Origin: a virus | Taxonomy: Duplodnaviria > Caudoviricetes | Direction: 5' to 3' (one strand) | DNA length: 27,561 nt | Virus record (IMG/VR): IMGVR_UViG_3300043468_000482 | Location: 1 to 27,561 of that record | Part shown: piece by piece, positions 17,649 to 25,516 of the stretch | Layout of the letters: each line of letters starts with the position of its first letter | Position numbering within the stretch: the first letter of the stretch is position 1 | Position numbers and translations under genes: made by a program | Notes under the pieces: model-generated | Databases searched by the model: none | Told to the model about the DNA's origin: nothing | Seen by the model: the letters and a program-made list of their open reading frames with translations, nothing else

Positions 17649-17881
17649 TCCAGGTACGTCAAATCAAAGCGCAACGCCAATTACCGTTTGAGCGTGAACA
17701 ACGGTTGATGCCGACATACGGCGAAACTCATCACCACGCCAAGCTAACCGCGCATGACGTGGCGCTCATTCGCGGTCTGTTAGATGACGGCATAAGCTGC
17801 GCGGAAGTAGGGCGCAAGTTTGAGGTTTCGCGCACAACCATTAGCGCAATAAAAAACTTTCGTTCCTGGTGGCGAAATTAG
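17540..17881 (+). CDS. Zn-finger + HTH DNA-binding protein (endonuclease-derived, no nuclease core)
   Basis: CTKC..KP..DFY....SWCKQC and GETHHHAKLT..DV..IR...SCAEVGRKFEVSRTTISAI. Confidence 0.75.
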   Translation: MDSKQCTKCRTVKPVTDFYTQKQGRYLQSWCKQCKLIQVRQIKAQRQLPFEREQRLMPTYGETHHHAKLTAHDVALIRGLLDDGISCAEVGRKFEVSRTTISAIKNFRSWWRN

Positions 17882-17892
17882 CAAAAAAGTTG

Positions 17893-17921
17893 TTGACGAC
17901 ACTTTGGTGTAGTTGTATTGT
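17893..17921 (+). promoter_or_regulatory. Sigma70-type promoter of the accessory operon
   Basis: TTGACG-17 bp-TATTGT preceded by an A tract. Confidence 0.75.
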
Positions 17922-17969
17922 ACTCACCAAGCCGAGGCAATACCGCTGAAGCAAATACAGGAGACTCAG

Positions 17970-18422
17970 ATGAAGTTCGTGCGGTGGCTTGGTGCTTTCG
18001 GGTCAGGATCAAGCCTGACAGAAGCCGCTGCTTGGGAAACCAAGCAGGTTGAGCGCCAAGTCGCAGCCGAGCCGCTTTATCGTGGGAAATCTTATATTTC
18101 CCACGCCAAGATCGGATTGGCAATAGCCAATCCAGAGTCCACGTTTGCACGTGGTTGGCTATACGATGCCTGGACCGTCATTGACGGCGACGGCATTTTA
18201 AAAGCCAAACGTCGCGGGTATGGTAAGCAGCGCCCATACCGTGACATGAACCGATTCCTGAGCGCGTACAGCCGTTGCGTTCACGAAGGCCATCACGCTG
18301 AGGCGGCCTTCAACGCGCCGCTGTATGACGCGGTGGTTGTTAAATCAACCGCCAGCGAACGCGGCAAACGTCGCGCTAATCGTCTGGCTCAACAAATGGG
18401 ATTGCCGCTAAAGATGATCTAA
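17970..18422 (+). CDS. Hypothetical early protein (150 aa)
   Basis: AGGAG RBS before ATG 17970; first gene after the promoter. Confidence 0.8.
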   Translation: MKFVRWLGAFGSGSSLTEAAAWETKQVERQVAAEPLYRGKSYISHAKIGLAIANPESTFARGWLYDAWTVIDGDGILKAKRRGYGKQRPYRDMNRFLSAYSRCVHEGHHAEAAFNAPLYDAVVVKSTASERGKRRANRLAQQMGLPLKMI

Positions 18423-18468
18423 GTAAAACAGCCGGTTCCATATCACCGGCTATAAATGCAAAAAAATG

Positions 18469-18613
18469 GGCGGCTATGCGTGACCATAGATATGACAGTG
18501 AGCCTGTCCGGTAGTTGAGAACCGATAGCTTGAGGCCTCAAAACGGAAATCCCACCGTAAAAATAGGATAGGCACACCGCCGCATACCAAAACATTGTTA
18601 TGTGTTTTGGTAT
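18469..18613 (+). ncRNA. Candidate multibranch structured RNA followed by an 11-bp hairpin
   Basis: GGCGG/CCGCC closing stem, GCCTGTCC/GGATAGGC inner stem, several small hairpins, then ATACCAAAACA/TGTTTTGGTAT. Confidence 0.5.
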
Positions 18614-18637
18614 TTACCTAACGTTAGGAGATACAAC

Positions 18638-18937
18638 ATGCGTTTTGCTTTCATTTCTAGACACGCTCCAACCTCTGGCCAGTTTGCGCTGGCCTACAAC
18701 CAAGATATTGTCTTGGTTCCAGTAGGCGACCGCGACGCATTCAGCGTCAACGTCACCGACATCATGGGCCATGAAAACGGCCCGTTTGACGGCGTTGTTG
18801 TCGTTCATCCATCCGCTGCTATGCGGCTGTGCGGTAGCTTTTTGATTGGCGTATTTGAAAACGCCAATCGCGCCCCAGAAGGCGAAAAGCCTTCCTTCGA
18901 GGCCGTAGATTTCTATATCTACGACAACAGGGACTAA
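18638..18937 (+). CDS. Hypothetical protein, small alpha/beta fold with N-terminal SRH motif
   Basis: AGGAG RBS; MRFAFISRHAPT...GVVVVHPSAA. Confidence 0.8.
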   Translation: MRFAFISRHAPTSGQFALAYNQDIVLVPVGDRDAFSVNVTDIMGHENGPFDGVVVVHPSAAMRLCGSFLIGVFENANRAPEGEKPSFEAVDFYIYDNRD

Positions 18938-18938
18938 G

Positions 18939-19094
18939 ATGATTATTGTAATTATCTTAGTTGCCACACTGGCGGCCTCAATCGCCGCCGGTACGTTTGG
19001 ATACGCCATGGCGGGCTACGTCATGGCTGGCAGAATCACAGACATTGACCGGATCCATCGCGATTTGGCAATCACAAAAACACTCAGGGGATAA
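18939..19094 (+). CDS. Small membrane protein (51 aa)
   Basis: Not in the ORF track; MIIVIILVATLAASIAAGTFGYAMAGYVMAGRITDIDRIHRDLAITKTLRG; packs tightly between neighbours. Confidence 0.65.
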   Translation: MIIVIILVATLAASIAAGTFGYAMAGYVMAGRITDIDRIHRDLAITKTLRG

Positions 19095-19098
19095 AATC

Positions 19099-19185
19099 AT
19101 GAAGGAAGCATTACTACTGGCCGCCGTTCATCTTGTAGTGGGCGGATCATTCGGAATCATCATAGTCCTGTGGGCGACGCAATGA
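19099..19185 (+). CDS. Hydrophobic peptide (28 aa)
   Basis: AGGGGA RBS; MKEALLLAAVHLVVGGSFGIIIVLWATQ; ATGA overlap with the next gene. Confidence 0.55.
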   Translation: MKEALLLAAVHLVVGGSFGIIIVLWATQ

Positions 19186-19361
19186 GTCGCCTGCCAATGA
19201 AGGGGGATTTGCTGGACACCTACGGCCTTTTGATACCCAAGGCCGTTAAACCGGCGCCATGGATACGCGCTATCCGCCGCCGCATTTTGTGGTGGCAAAT
19301 TGAGCGAACTATTAGCCGATTAGATCACTTATTACAAAAGTCTCGGCACATGGAGCCTTGA
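19182..19361 (+). CDS. Small basic hypothetical protein
   Basis: ATGA coupling at 19182-19185; 59 aa. Confidence 0.6.
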   Translation: MSRLPMKGDLLDTYGLLIPKAVKPAPWIRAIRRRILWWQIERTISRLDHLLQKSRHMEP

Positions 19362-19488
19362 CTGTATCTCTGATGCAAGGACACGGATAAGCCAATAGAG
19401 TCCGCACAATCATTGGAGCCAGTCGAGTGCGCTGCGTGAGTCGCAGAAGGTGAGGGGCTGGCAACTTATTTAACCAAGGGGAATACTG

Positions 19489-19851
19489 ATGGCTCAATCG
19501 ACGATATATGATTTGTTAGAAAAGACATTAAGAACAATGCCGTTACCGGCAAGTACAAATGACGTTTATGTAAAATTGACGGAAAACGGCGCTTATAAAC
19601 ATATGAGTTCAATCAAAGCGCGTAAGATTATTAGTGCTAAACTTTGTTACATGAGAGACAAAGGTTTGCTTGTTAGTCACATTCGTGCCGACGGCAAAAC
19701 CGCATGGAATTTTACAATAACAAACAGACCTGAATGGAAACCTGATATTTTTGAACAACAACCAGCCGACAACACACAAGTATTACATAATCTTTTCTTA
19801 GATATATCAGCCGCTTTTGCGAAAGCCGCTAACGGACTTCGTCATGAGTAA
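19489..19851 (+). CDS. Hypothetical protein, winged-helix-like
   Basis: AAGGGG RBS; ISAKLCYMRDKGLL followed by a beta-hairpin ending in W. Confidence 0.7.
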   Translation: MAQSTIYDLLEKTLRTMPLPASTNDVYVKLTENGAYKHMSSIKARKIISAKLCYMRDKGLLVSHIRADGKTAWNFTITNRPEWKPDIFEQQPADNTQVLHNLFLDISAAFAKAANGLRHE

Positions 19852-20119
19852 CGGAAAAACCAATCAAGCCACGCAACGTGTATTAGCCGCAATCAATCAA
19901 CTACCTGGCGTTGAAGTGTCAATTCGCAAAGGATTGATTTGTATATCTAAGGATGACTTTTATGTCAGGTGCGTAGTGCCGAGCGGCACCATTAAATACC
20001 CGTCGTACCGGCGACTGTGGGAAGAAAAGCAATGTTCTGTACCAACTAAAGCGTGGCACTTTAATCTGCGCTATGCGGTTTCACAGGCGCTTACGGAGGC
20101 TGATAACAATGCACGTTGA
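19844..20119 (+). CDS. Hypothetical protein
   Basis: ATG 19844 overlaps the upstream stop; the 3' end overlaps the thyX start. Confidence 0.65.
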   Translation: MSNGKTNQATQRVLAAINQLPGVEVSIRKGLICISKDDFYVRCVVPSGTIKYPSYRRLWEEKQCSVPTKAWHFNLRYAVSQALTEADNNAR

Positions 20120-20756
20120 ATTACTAGATCACATGGGAGACGATAGGAGCATAGTTAATGCGGCGCGAGTTTCTTTTGACAAAGAATCTGAATTGGAATT
20201 TGACTGGAATTGGGCACCTATTTTGTCAGAAAAAGACGAGAAGCTTATCCACTACTTAGCAAAACATAAGCATTGGACGCCTTTTGCCCATACCGCACTC
20301 AAGTTCAGGATAACGATGCCGATCTACGTCGCTAGGCAGCTAGCCAAGCACCAAGTTGGGGGCGTGGTGAATGAGATCAGCAGGCGGTATGTGTCAACCG
20401 CGCCTGTGCTTGATGTGCCTACCAAATGGCGTAAAGCCGCAGAGAATGTAAAGCAAGGCTCAAGCGATGAGTTGGTAGAAGTCGATCAGGAACACATAAA
20501 TCAAGCAATAGAAGTGTGTTTGACCACATATGATTATCTCATTACCAGCGGTGTATGCCCCGAGCAAGCGCGTGCTGTTATTCCAGTGTGTTCGGAAACC
20601 ACATGGATTTGGACAGGTTCATTGGTGTTTTTTGCTAGAGTTTGTAAGTTGCGGCTTGATCCTCACGCACAGAAAGAAACGCGCGACGTGGCGCAAGCAA
20701 TCAGCGCGTTAATAGAGCCATTGTTCCCCGTAAGCTGGGCGGCACTGATGGCTTAG
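20109..20756 (+). CDS. thyX: FAD-dependent thymidylate synthase
   Basis: GGAGG RBS; MGDDRSIVNAARVSF, HWTPF, ARQLAKH...NEISRRY, PEQARAVIP, LRLDPHAQKE. Confidence 0.95.
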   Translation: MHVELLDHMGDDRSIVNAARVSFDKESELEFDWNWAPILSEKDEKLIHYLAKHKHWTPFAHTALKFRITMPIYVARQLAKHQVGGVVNEISRRYVSTAPVLDVPTKWRKAAENVKQGSSDELVEVDQEHINQAIEVCLTTYDYLITSGVCPEQARAVIPVCSETTWIWTGSLVFFARVCKLRLDPHAQKETRDVAQAISALIEPLFPVSWAALMA

Positions 20757-20822
20757 GTTTAATGCCGCCCTTACCTATTTTAACGGGAGTATTGGAACTA
20801 CTGGGGCGGCTCCCATTCGCTC

Positions 20823-20843
20823 GCCAGCCGCGTTAGTGCTGGC
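20823..20843 (+). promoter_or_regulatory. Second copy of a conserved 21-nt hairpin (first copy at 11011-11031)
   Basis: GCCAGC-CGCGTTAGT-GCTGGC versus GCCGAC-CGCGTAAGT-GTCGGC. Confidence 0.65.
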
Positions 20844-20864
20844 GCTTTAATGAGGTATGTAGAA

Positions 20865-21179
20865 ATGAACGACAGAGAACTATTAGAACTGGCGGCGAAA
20901 GCTGCGGAAATAAGTGCGGATTATTGGACGGTTGACGGTTGGAACCCCCTATATGACGATGGTGACGCTTTTCGCCTTGCGGTGAAGCTTTGGATAGACG
21001 TTTCTTTTCCACCCTACATGATGAAGCATGACCGCCCAGTTGTTCATGCCGGTAAGTATTGGGACAACAGCGATGATTGCTGGTATCCATTTGAAGAATT
21101 GCGAGACATAAACCCCTACGCCGCAACTCGTAGAGCTATAGTCAGAGCCGCTGCCGAAATTGGGAGGGGGATGAAATGA
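20865..21179 (+). CDS. Phage protein (ABA-sandwich / NinX-like)
   Basis: GAGGT RBS; DRELLELAAKAA, WNPLYDDGDAFRLAVKL, ATRRAIVRAAAEIG. Confidence 0.75.
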   Translation: MNDRELLELAAKAAEISADYWTVDGWNPLYDDGDAFRLAVKLWIDVSFPPYMMKHDRPVVHAGKYWDNSDDCWYPFEELRDINPYAATRRAIVRAAAEIGRGMK

Positions 21180-21289
21180 ACGATACTATTACGTCTTTAT
21201 TAGGAGCTGTATTCCTTGGTGCGTTAACTGGCGCTTTTGCAGGAGCCGTGTACGTAGTCGTTAAATTTTTCGTATGGTTGATTTCATGA
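21176..21289 (+). CDS. Small membrane peptide (37 aa)
   Basis: Not in the ORF track; GGAGG RBS, ATGA overlaps at both ends; MNDTITSLLGAVFLGALTGAFAGAVYVVVKFFVWLIS. Confidence 0.7.
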   Translation: MNDTITSLLGAVFLGALTGAFAGAVYVVVKFFVWLIS

Positions 21290-21510
21290 ACAAAGCACCG
21301 AAGAAGATTTGGGTCGAAGTTGCTGAAACCGGGAAACTACTCGCTGGATATGTAGCCTTCAGATCTAGAAATAAGTACATTCGCGCAGACTTAGTAGAGG
21401 AATTAGCCAGTCTACTAAAAGAATGGCTTGAAAACGCAGATGATGATAAGGATTGGATTGATTACGAGGATCGCGTAACCGCCGCACTGAAAGCGTTGGA
21501 GGAAGAATGA
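21286..21510 (+). CDS. Hypothetical phage protein
   Basis: ATGA-coupled; APKKIWV...YIRADLV pattern. Confidence 0.75.
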   Translation: MNKAPKKIWVEVAETGKLLAGYVAFRSRNKYIRADLVEELASLLKEWLENADDDKDWIDYEDRVTAALKALEEE

Positions 21511-21566
21511 GTAATGCAACCGAACTGCTGAGGCGGGCCGTTAAAAATAAAACATCACGGCATTAG
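21507..21566 (+). pseudogene. Probable truncated gene (19 aa)
   Basis: GGAGG RBS and ATGA coupling; MSNATELLRRAVKNKTSRH runs into the stop of the convergent lysis gene. Confidence 0.4.
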
Positions 21567-21754
21567 CCCACGCTGTTAGAACTCTTAAACCATTCAAACA
21601 ACTTGTCGAAGCCGATAAACACAACGATTGCAAACACTAAACTCATAAACACTCTGGCGGATTTTGACAATGCCGCCAGTTTCTTAAGTTCTTGCAATTC
21701 CTCTTTGGTCAGTGATTCGCTAGTGTCTATAATCTTAAGGTTTTCATCGGACAC
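21563..21754 (-). CDS. Small single-TM lysis-cassette protein
   Basis: GTG start with GGAGG RBS; one C-terminal TM segment; directly after the endolysin. Confidence 0.65.
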   Translation of the reverse strand: MSDENLKIIDTSESLTKEELQELKKLAALSKSARVFMSLVFAIVVFIGFDKLFEWFKSSNSVG

Positions 21755-21757
21755 TAG

Positions 21758-22189
21758 CTAATCCTCCAAATATAACGCACGTTCGGCTTGTCGCCGTTTG
21801 GTCAAGCCATTCAATACTTTGCCGCCAGCCTTGTTCCAAAGCAAGAACGCATCGGCGGCTTTTGCATAATCACCGGCTTTGTGGTGACGCAACATTGATG
21901 ATTTTACAAAGTTTCCCGCGCCGATGTTATAGCAAATGCTTACAAGTGCTGAAAATTGGTTACTCGTGGTTGAATGTGCGCCGATTGCTGATTGCACCGC
22001 GTTCTCGTATTGATTTAATCCTTTTACCAGCATCTCCTCGGCCTGGGCCTGCGTCCATTGGTCAGTTGATTTAACGCCATGCGTCCATCCGTAGCCAATA
22101 GTCCACACGCCAGCCGGACACTTGTACGCTTTTAACCGACAACCTTCAAACTGACGAATTAGCGCCAATCCTGCCTCATTGGTTTTCAT
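21758..22189 (-). CDS. Endolysin, GH24 lysozyme
   Basis: FEGCRLKAYKCPAGVWTIGYG, YNIG, GLTKRRQAERALY; ATGA overlap with the holin. Confidence 0.95.
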   Translation of the reverse strand: MKTNEAGLALIRQFEGCRLKAYKCPAGVWTIGYGWTHGVKSTDQWTQAQAEEMLVKGLNQYENAVQSAIGAHSTTSNQFSALVSICYNIGAGNFVKSSMLRHHKAGDYAKAADAFLLWNKAGGKVLNGLTKRRQAERALYLED

Positions 22190-22350
22190 TTGTCCTTCCA
22201 AAAGACTGAAATCAGGCCAGCAATCCCAGCGCCTGCAATCTCAATGGCGTGCGACTGTTCTTCGTCTAACGCCACACCAGCGGCTGTCAAAAGCCACACG
22301 ATGCCGCGCCAGGTAGAAGGTTCAGAAAACGCCACGCCAAATTTAGACAT
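22186..22350 (-). CDS. Putative holin
   Basis: 54 aa, EPSTWRG motif, two hydrophobic segments, charged C-terminus; upstream of the endolysin. Confidence 0.7.
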   Translation of the reverse strand: MSKFGVAFSEPSTWRGIVWLLTAAGVALDEEQSHAIEIAGAGIAGLISVFWKDK

Positions 22351-22807
22351 TGGGCCACACCAAAACAGGCAGATCCGCAATCAGTTCTGCATCAGTCCAC
22401 ACGGGCGCACCTGCGGCGACAGTCTGAACGTAAATCAAATAATGCTCCCAACACGCATCCCGCCAAGGAATACACGCATCCGCATCAGCCTTGAATACAA
22501 TGTTCGTGCTAGTTGAATAGCTGCACACGGTGGTGATGCTGTCATAATGCCGTTGAGCCGCGCCAGCGTTCAGATAAGCGCGTACTACTGACTCTTGAGC
22601 CGTTACAATCTCGCTTGGCGTTGGCGCCGGTGGATTGACTAGCGTAGGTACGCCGTCAATAACATCAATTAACTGACCTGCGGCTTTTCCGTTTACTAAC
22701 TCAGTCCATTTCTGTTCGGTAATAATGATTGCATCGTCTGGGATGTGTTGATTCAAACCATCAAGATAAAAGCCTTGAGTGGATGGTGCATAATAATATG
22801 TAGACAT
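22343..22807 (-). CDS. Tail fibre assembly chaperone
   Basis: YYAPSTQGFY...IPDDAIII...ELVNG..AG...GVPTL pattern; ends LPVLVWP; follows the fibre gene. Confidence 0.82.
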   Translation of the reverse strand: MSTYYYAPSTQGFYLDGLNQHIPDDAIIITEQKWTELVNGKAAGQLIDVIDGVPTLVNPPAPTPSEIVTAQESVVRAYLNAGAAQRHYDSITTVCSYSTSTNIVFKADADACIPWRDACWEHYLIYVQTVAAGAPVWTDAELIADLPVLVWPNV

Positions 22808-22809
22808 GG

Positions 22810-23841
22810 TTAGTATCCTATAGCGATATAATGCACTGTAACCGAGCCAGCGGTATTAGTGCCTACAAAGGTAGTTGTCGTATATGAACCAGTTGTTATA
22901 ATTTGTGGTGTTATATTTGGCGTTGCAATGACTGCCGCACAAAACACATCAAAAGCCAAAGGAAAAGTAATGGTTGTTGCACCAGTTAAAGTAACTACAC
23001 CCCATCTAATTTGAAATCCATTGGCAAAGTTTATGTAACCGTTGCTTAATTTTGATATTGGATTATTGCTATTTGCCCATACTTGACTTGTTAACAAAGT
23101 CAAAGCACTAAAGTTGGTTTGGCTAGTGGTGGTGGCATTGCCGGTGACGTTGCCGGTGACGTTTCCTACCAAATTACCTGTAACAGTCGGAATCGTAGCA
23201 CTAGAAAACGTCGGCGAACTAGTTGTAAATAACCTCTGATTGAGCGGAATACTAGGATTGCTACCAACTTCAATCAAGCCATAGTCAACACTATTGAGGC
23301 CAACATCTAGCACGCCAGAGTCGTTAACGACAGTGACAGTTGTTAAGGTAGTATAAACTGACGCCGTGATTGTGCTGTAACGCACGCCGCCGCTGTTTTG
23401 TGTGCGGATTCTGCGATTGACTTGGAACGTGCTTGTTTGATCGCCGGTTAACGTGAATTGAGTTCCAGACACAAAAACCGGAGAGCCTGCAAAGGTATAC
23501 CAATTCTGAGCCGTTCCGCCGGTAGGTGAGGCCGGATCGTTGACGCCCTGCACGTTGTCAAACGTAGATATAACAACGCCGTGCGTGTCACCGTATTCGG
23601 GTGGGCTTTCCAACACTATTTTGTAAGCTTGACCAGCGGCCAGCCATATTGTGCCGCCAGTTTCACCGCGTGCGTTTAGCACTATTGGATTAGTCCAAGT
23701 TGATACACCTGATTGCGTTGTGTAAGCCGCTAGTGGTGTAGTTGAACCGGCCTCATAAAACCAGATTAAACCAGACGCAAGGAAGTTACCGTTATCGGTG
23801 AATTGGGAATCCTGAAGAATGGGGCAAAGGTAGGTTGTCAT
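22810..23841 (-). CDS. Tail fibre protein
   Basis: N-terminal virion-attachment-type segment (FYEAGSTTP...NPIVLNARG), GNVT repeats, C-terminal gp53-like NGYINFANGFQIRWG...TITFPLAF. Confidence 0.85.
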   Translation of the reverse strand: MTTYLCPILQDSQFTDNGNFLASGLIWFYEAGSTTPLAAYTTQSGVSTWTNPIVLNARGETGGTIWLAAGQAYKIVLESPPEYGDTHGVVISTFDNVQGVNDPASPTGGTAQNWYTFAGSPVFVSGTQFTLTGDQTSTFQVNRRIRTQNSGGVRYSTITASVYTTLTTVTVVNDSGVLDVGLNSVDYGLIEVGSNPSIPLNQRLFTTSSPTFSSATIPTVTGNLVGNVTGNVTGNATTTSQTNFSALTLLTSQVWANSNNPISKLSNGYINFANGFQIRWGVVTLTGATTITFPLAFDVFCAAVIATPNITPQIITTGSYTTTTFVGTNTAGSVTVHYIAIGY

Positions 23842-23845
23842 TGGT

Positions 23846-25516
23846 TTACCTGTTAGTAGAATAAGCGGCGCCGATAGTAGATGCTGGACGTGCCATGCCA
23901 GCCAATCCCATAGCCGCCTTAGCGCGTGTCGGGCCTGGTTGCCTCATAGCTTGCTCAACCAGAAAATCTTGCACTGCTGGCGACCAGATTCCCTTTGATA
24001 CAGCATAAGTTGCTAACGCTTCAGGCAGCACGCCTAACTGATGCCCAACGCCAGCAGCAAACAAATCAGCAATAGAAGATCGAGCAGCGGTTCCTGACTC
24101 TGGAAACTTATTCCCCATCAACTCAAGATTCTGACGCGCCCAATCCGTCCACGGCGCTTTGTTCATTGCAAACCCGCCTTTCCAGGATGAAGTGTCCTCA
24201 GCGCGTAACTGCTGCAAAAGATTAGCTGGAGTAGCTAATTCACTGCCGACGGAACTAGTTGACGCTTTGCCAATCAACGCCAGTTTGCGATAAGCCGCAT
24301 CCGCATTGCGCAAAATATCGGCATAGCCTGGATTCTGGTTTTCCATCATCCCAATCATTTCAGCCTTGACTTGCTCAAAAGCCTTGCCAAGTAAGTTATC
24401 GGTTGAGCCTTTATTTGGGTTTTCTAGACTAGCAATCAGCTTATCCAGATCGCGGTCAATCAATTTAAAAGTTTCGCCAGGTATCCGCTGACCATCTTTG
24501 ATTTTACTTAAAACAGTATCCTTCAACAACGCATCAAATTTTGATTGCGCTTTTGGCTCAATCTGTCCCGCCATATCACGCAACTGCAAAAAAGAGTTCT
24601 GCAATTCTGGCGTCAATTCGCCGGATGAGTTTTTAGCAAGATCATTGTAAACATCGCCAACGGCTTTATAGACTTTTTCAAAGCCTTTAGAGCCTGGCTC
24701 AATGTCGCCAATGTTAGTAAACTTTTGCGCCAATCCTCTCAATTGTGGCGACATGACAGCGGTTGAGGATGATGTTGATTGCAATCCCGTATTGAGTTCA
24801 TCAATAACGCCTTGCAATGATGCCGTGTTAAACGATTCAAGTGAACGTCTTTGCGCCTTTTCAATTGCTGAACCAACCAGCGGGACTGATGTTAACTTTT
24901 CCTCGGCTGTTTTCCACCCACCGCCTAACGCTTGCGCTAGAGTGGGTTTAACGCCCTTTTCCCAGAGCGGTTTTACATATTCCTGAGCGATTGGGCCGCG
25001 CATTGCTTTTGCTGCCATGCCGGTTAAACCTTCGCCAATCATTGAACCACCAGCGGCTAATCCTGCCTCTGTCATTCTGTTTTCAGGCGCTAACAATCCG
25101 CCGACAAGGCCAGAACTGACCGCACGCCCAATCATTGAAGCAGGGCCAAGACTGGTTGCTGCTGCGTATTGCGGTATTTGCTCAAGCGTTTGACCGAGGA
25201 CGGCTGGCCATCCGGCTTCTACTGTATAAGCCTTCATCCGGTCAAGTTCAGCAATATCAGACGGAGTTAGTTCAGCGCCAGGAATAAAACCTGCCATCAA
25301 GCCTTTCAATCCTTTGCCGCTCGCGCGTAAGCCAATGAGTGCGCCTTTGCCTATACGCTCCATTGTGGTATCGCTGCGCGGGGACGATATATCAACCTGA
25401 AACTCATATTTGCTTGGTTGATATTCTGGTTTTGGCAATGGCTCAACGAACGGTTGTTGATATTGCGTCCAAGGGCCGGTTGATTGAGTTTTGTATTGTT
25501 CCCAAGGTTTAGCCAT
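23846..25516 (-). CDS. DNA ejection / internal virion protein
   Basis: MAKPWEQY start TAATG-coupled, GGAGG RBS; Gly/Ala-rich hydrophobic segments; third of three ejection-type genes. Confidence 0.7.
   Translation of the reverse strand: MAKPWEQYKTQSTGPWTQYQQPFVEPLPKPEYQPSKYEFQVDISSPRSDTTMERIGKGALIGLRASGKGLKGLMAGFIPGAELTPSDIAELDRMKAYTVEAGWPAVLGQTLEQIPQYAAATSLGPASMIGRAVSSGLVGGLLAPENRMTEAGLAAGGSMIGEGLTGMAAKAMRGPIAQEYVKPLWEKGVKPTLAQALGGGWKTAEEKLTSVPLVGSAIEKAQRRSLESFNTASLQGVIDELNTGLQSTSSSTAVMSPQLRGLAQKFTNIGDIEPGSKGFEKVYKAVGDVYNDLAKNSSGELTPELQNSFLQLRDMAGQIEPKAQSKFDALLKDTVLSKIKDGQRIPGETFKLIDRDLDKLIASLENPNKGSTDNLLGKAFEQVKAEMIGMMENQNPGYADILRNADAAYRKLALIGKASTSSVGSELATPANLLQQLRAEDTSSWKGGFAMNKAPWTDWARQNLELMGNKFPESGTAARSSIADLFAAGVGHQLGVLPEALATYAVSKGIWSPAVQDFLVEQAMRQPGPTRAKAAMGLAGMARPASTIGAAYSTNR

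Noticed and set aside
18469-18583. Cloverleaf read as a tRNA
   Set aside because: No T-loop or D-loop consensus, no 7-nt anticodon loop, wrong arm geometry.
19371-19400. CTGATG as a hammerhead ribozyme core
   Set aside because: The sequence is CTGATGC rather than CTGANGA, and no GAAA partner is correctly placed.
23138-23163. 12-bp tandem repeat in the tail fibre
   Set aside because: In-frame GNVT repeat typical of fibre shafts; no invertase, reverse transcriptase or template repeat to suggest tropism switching.
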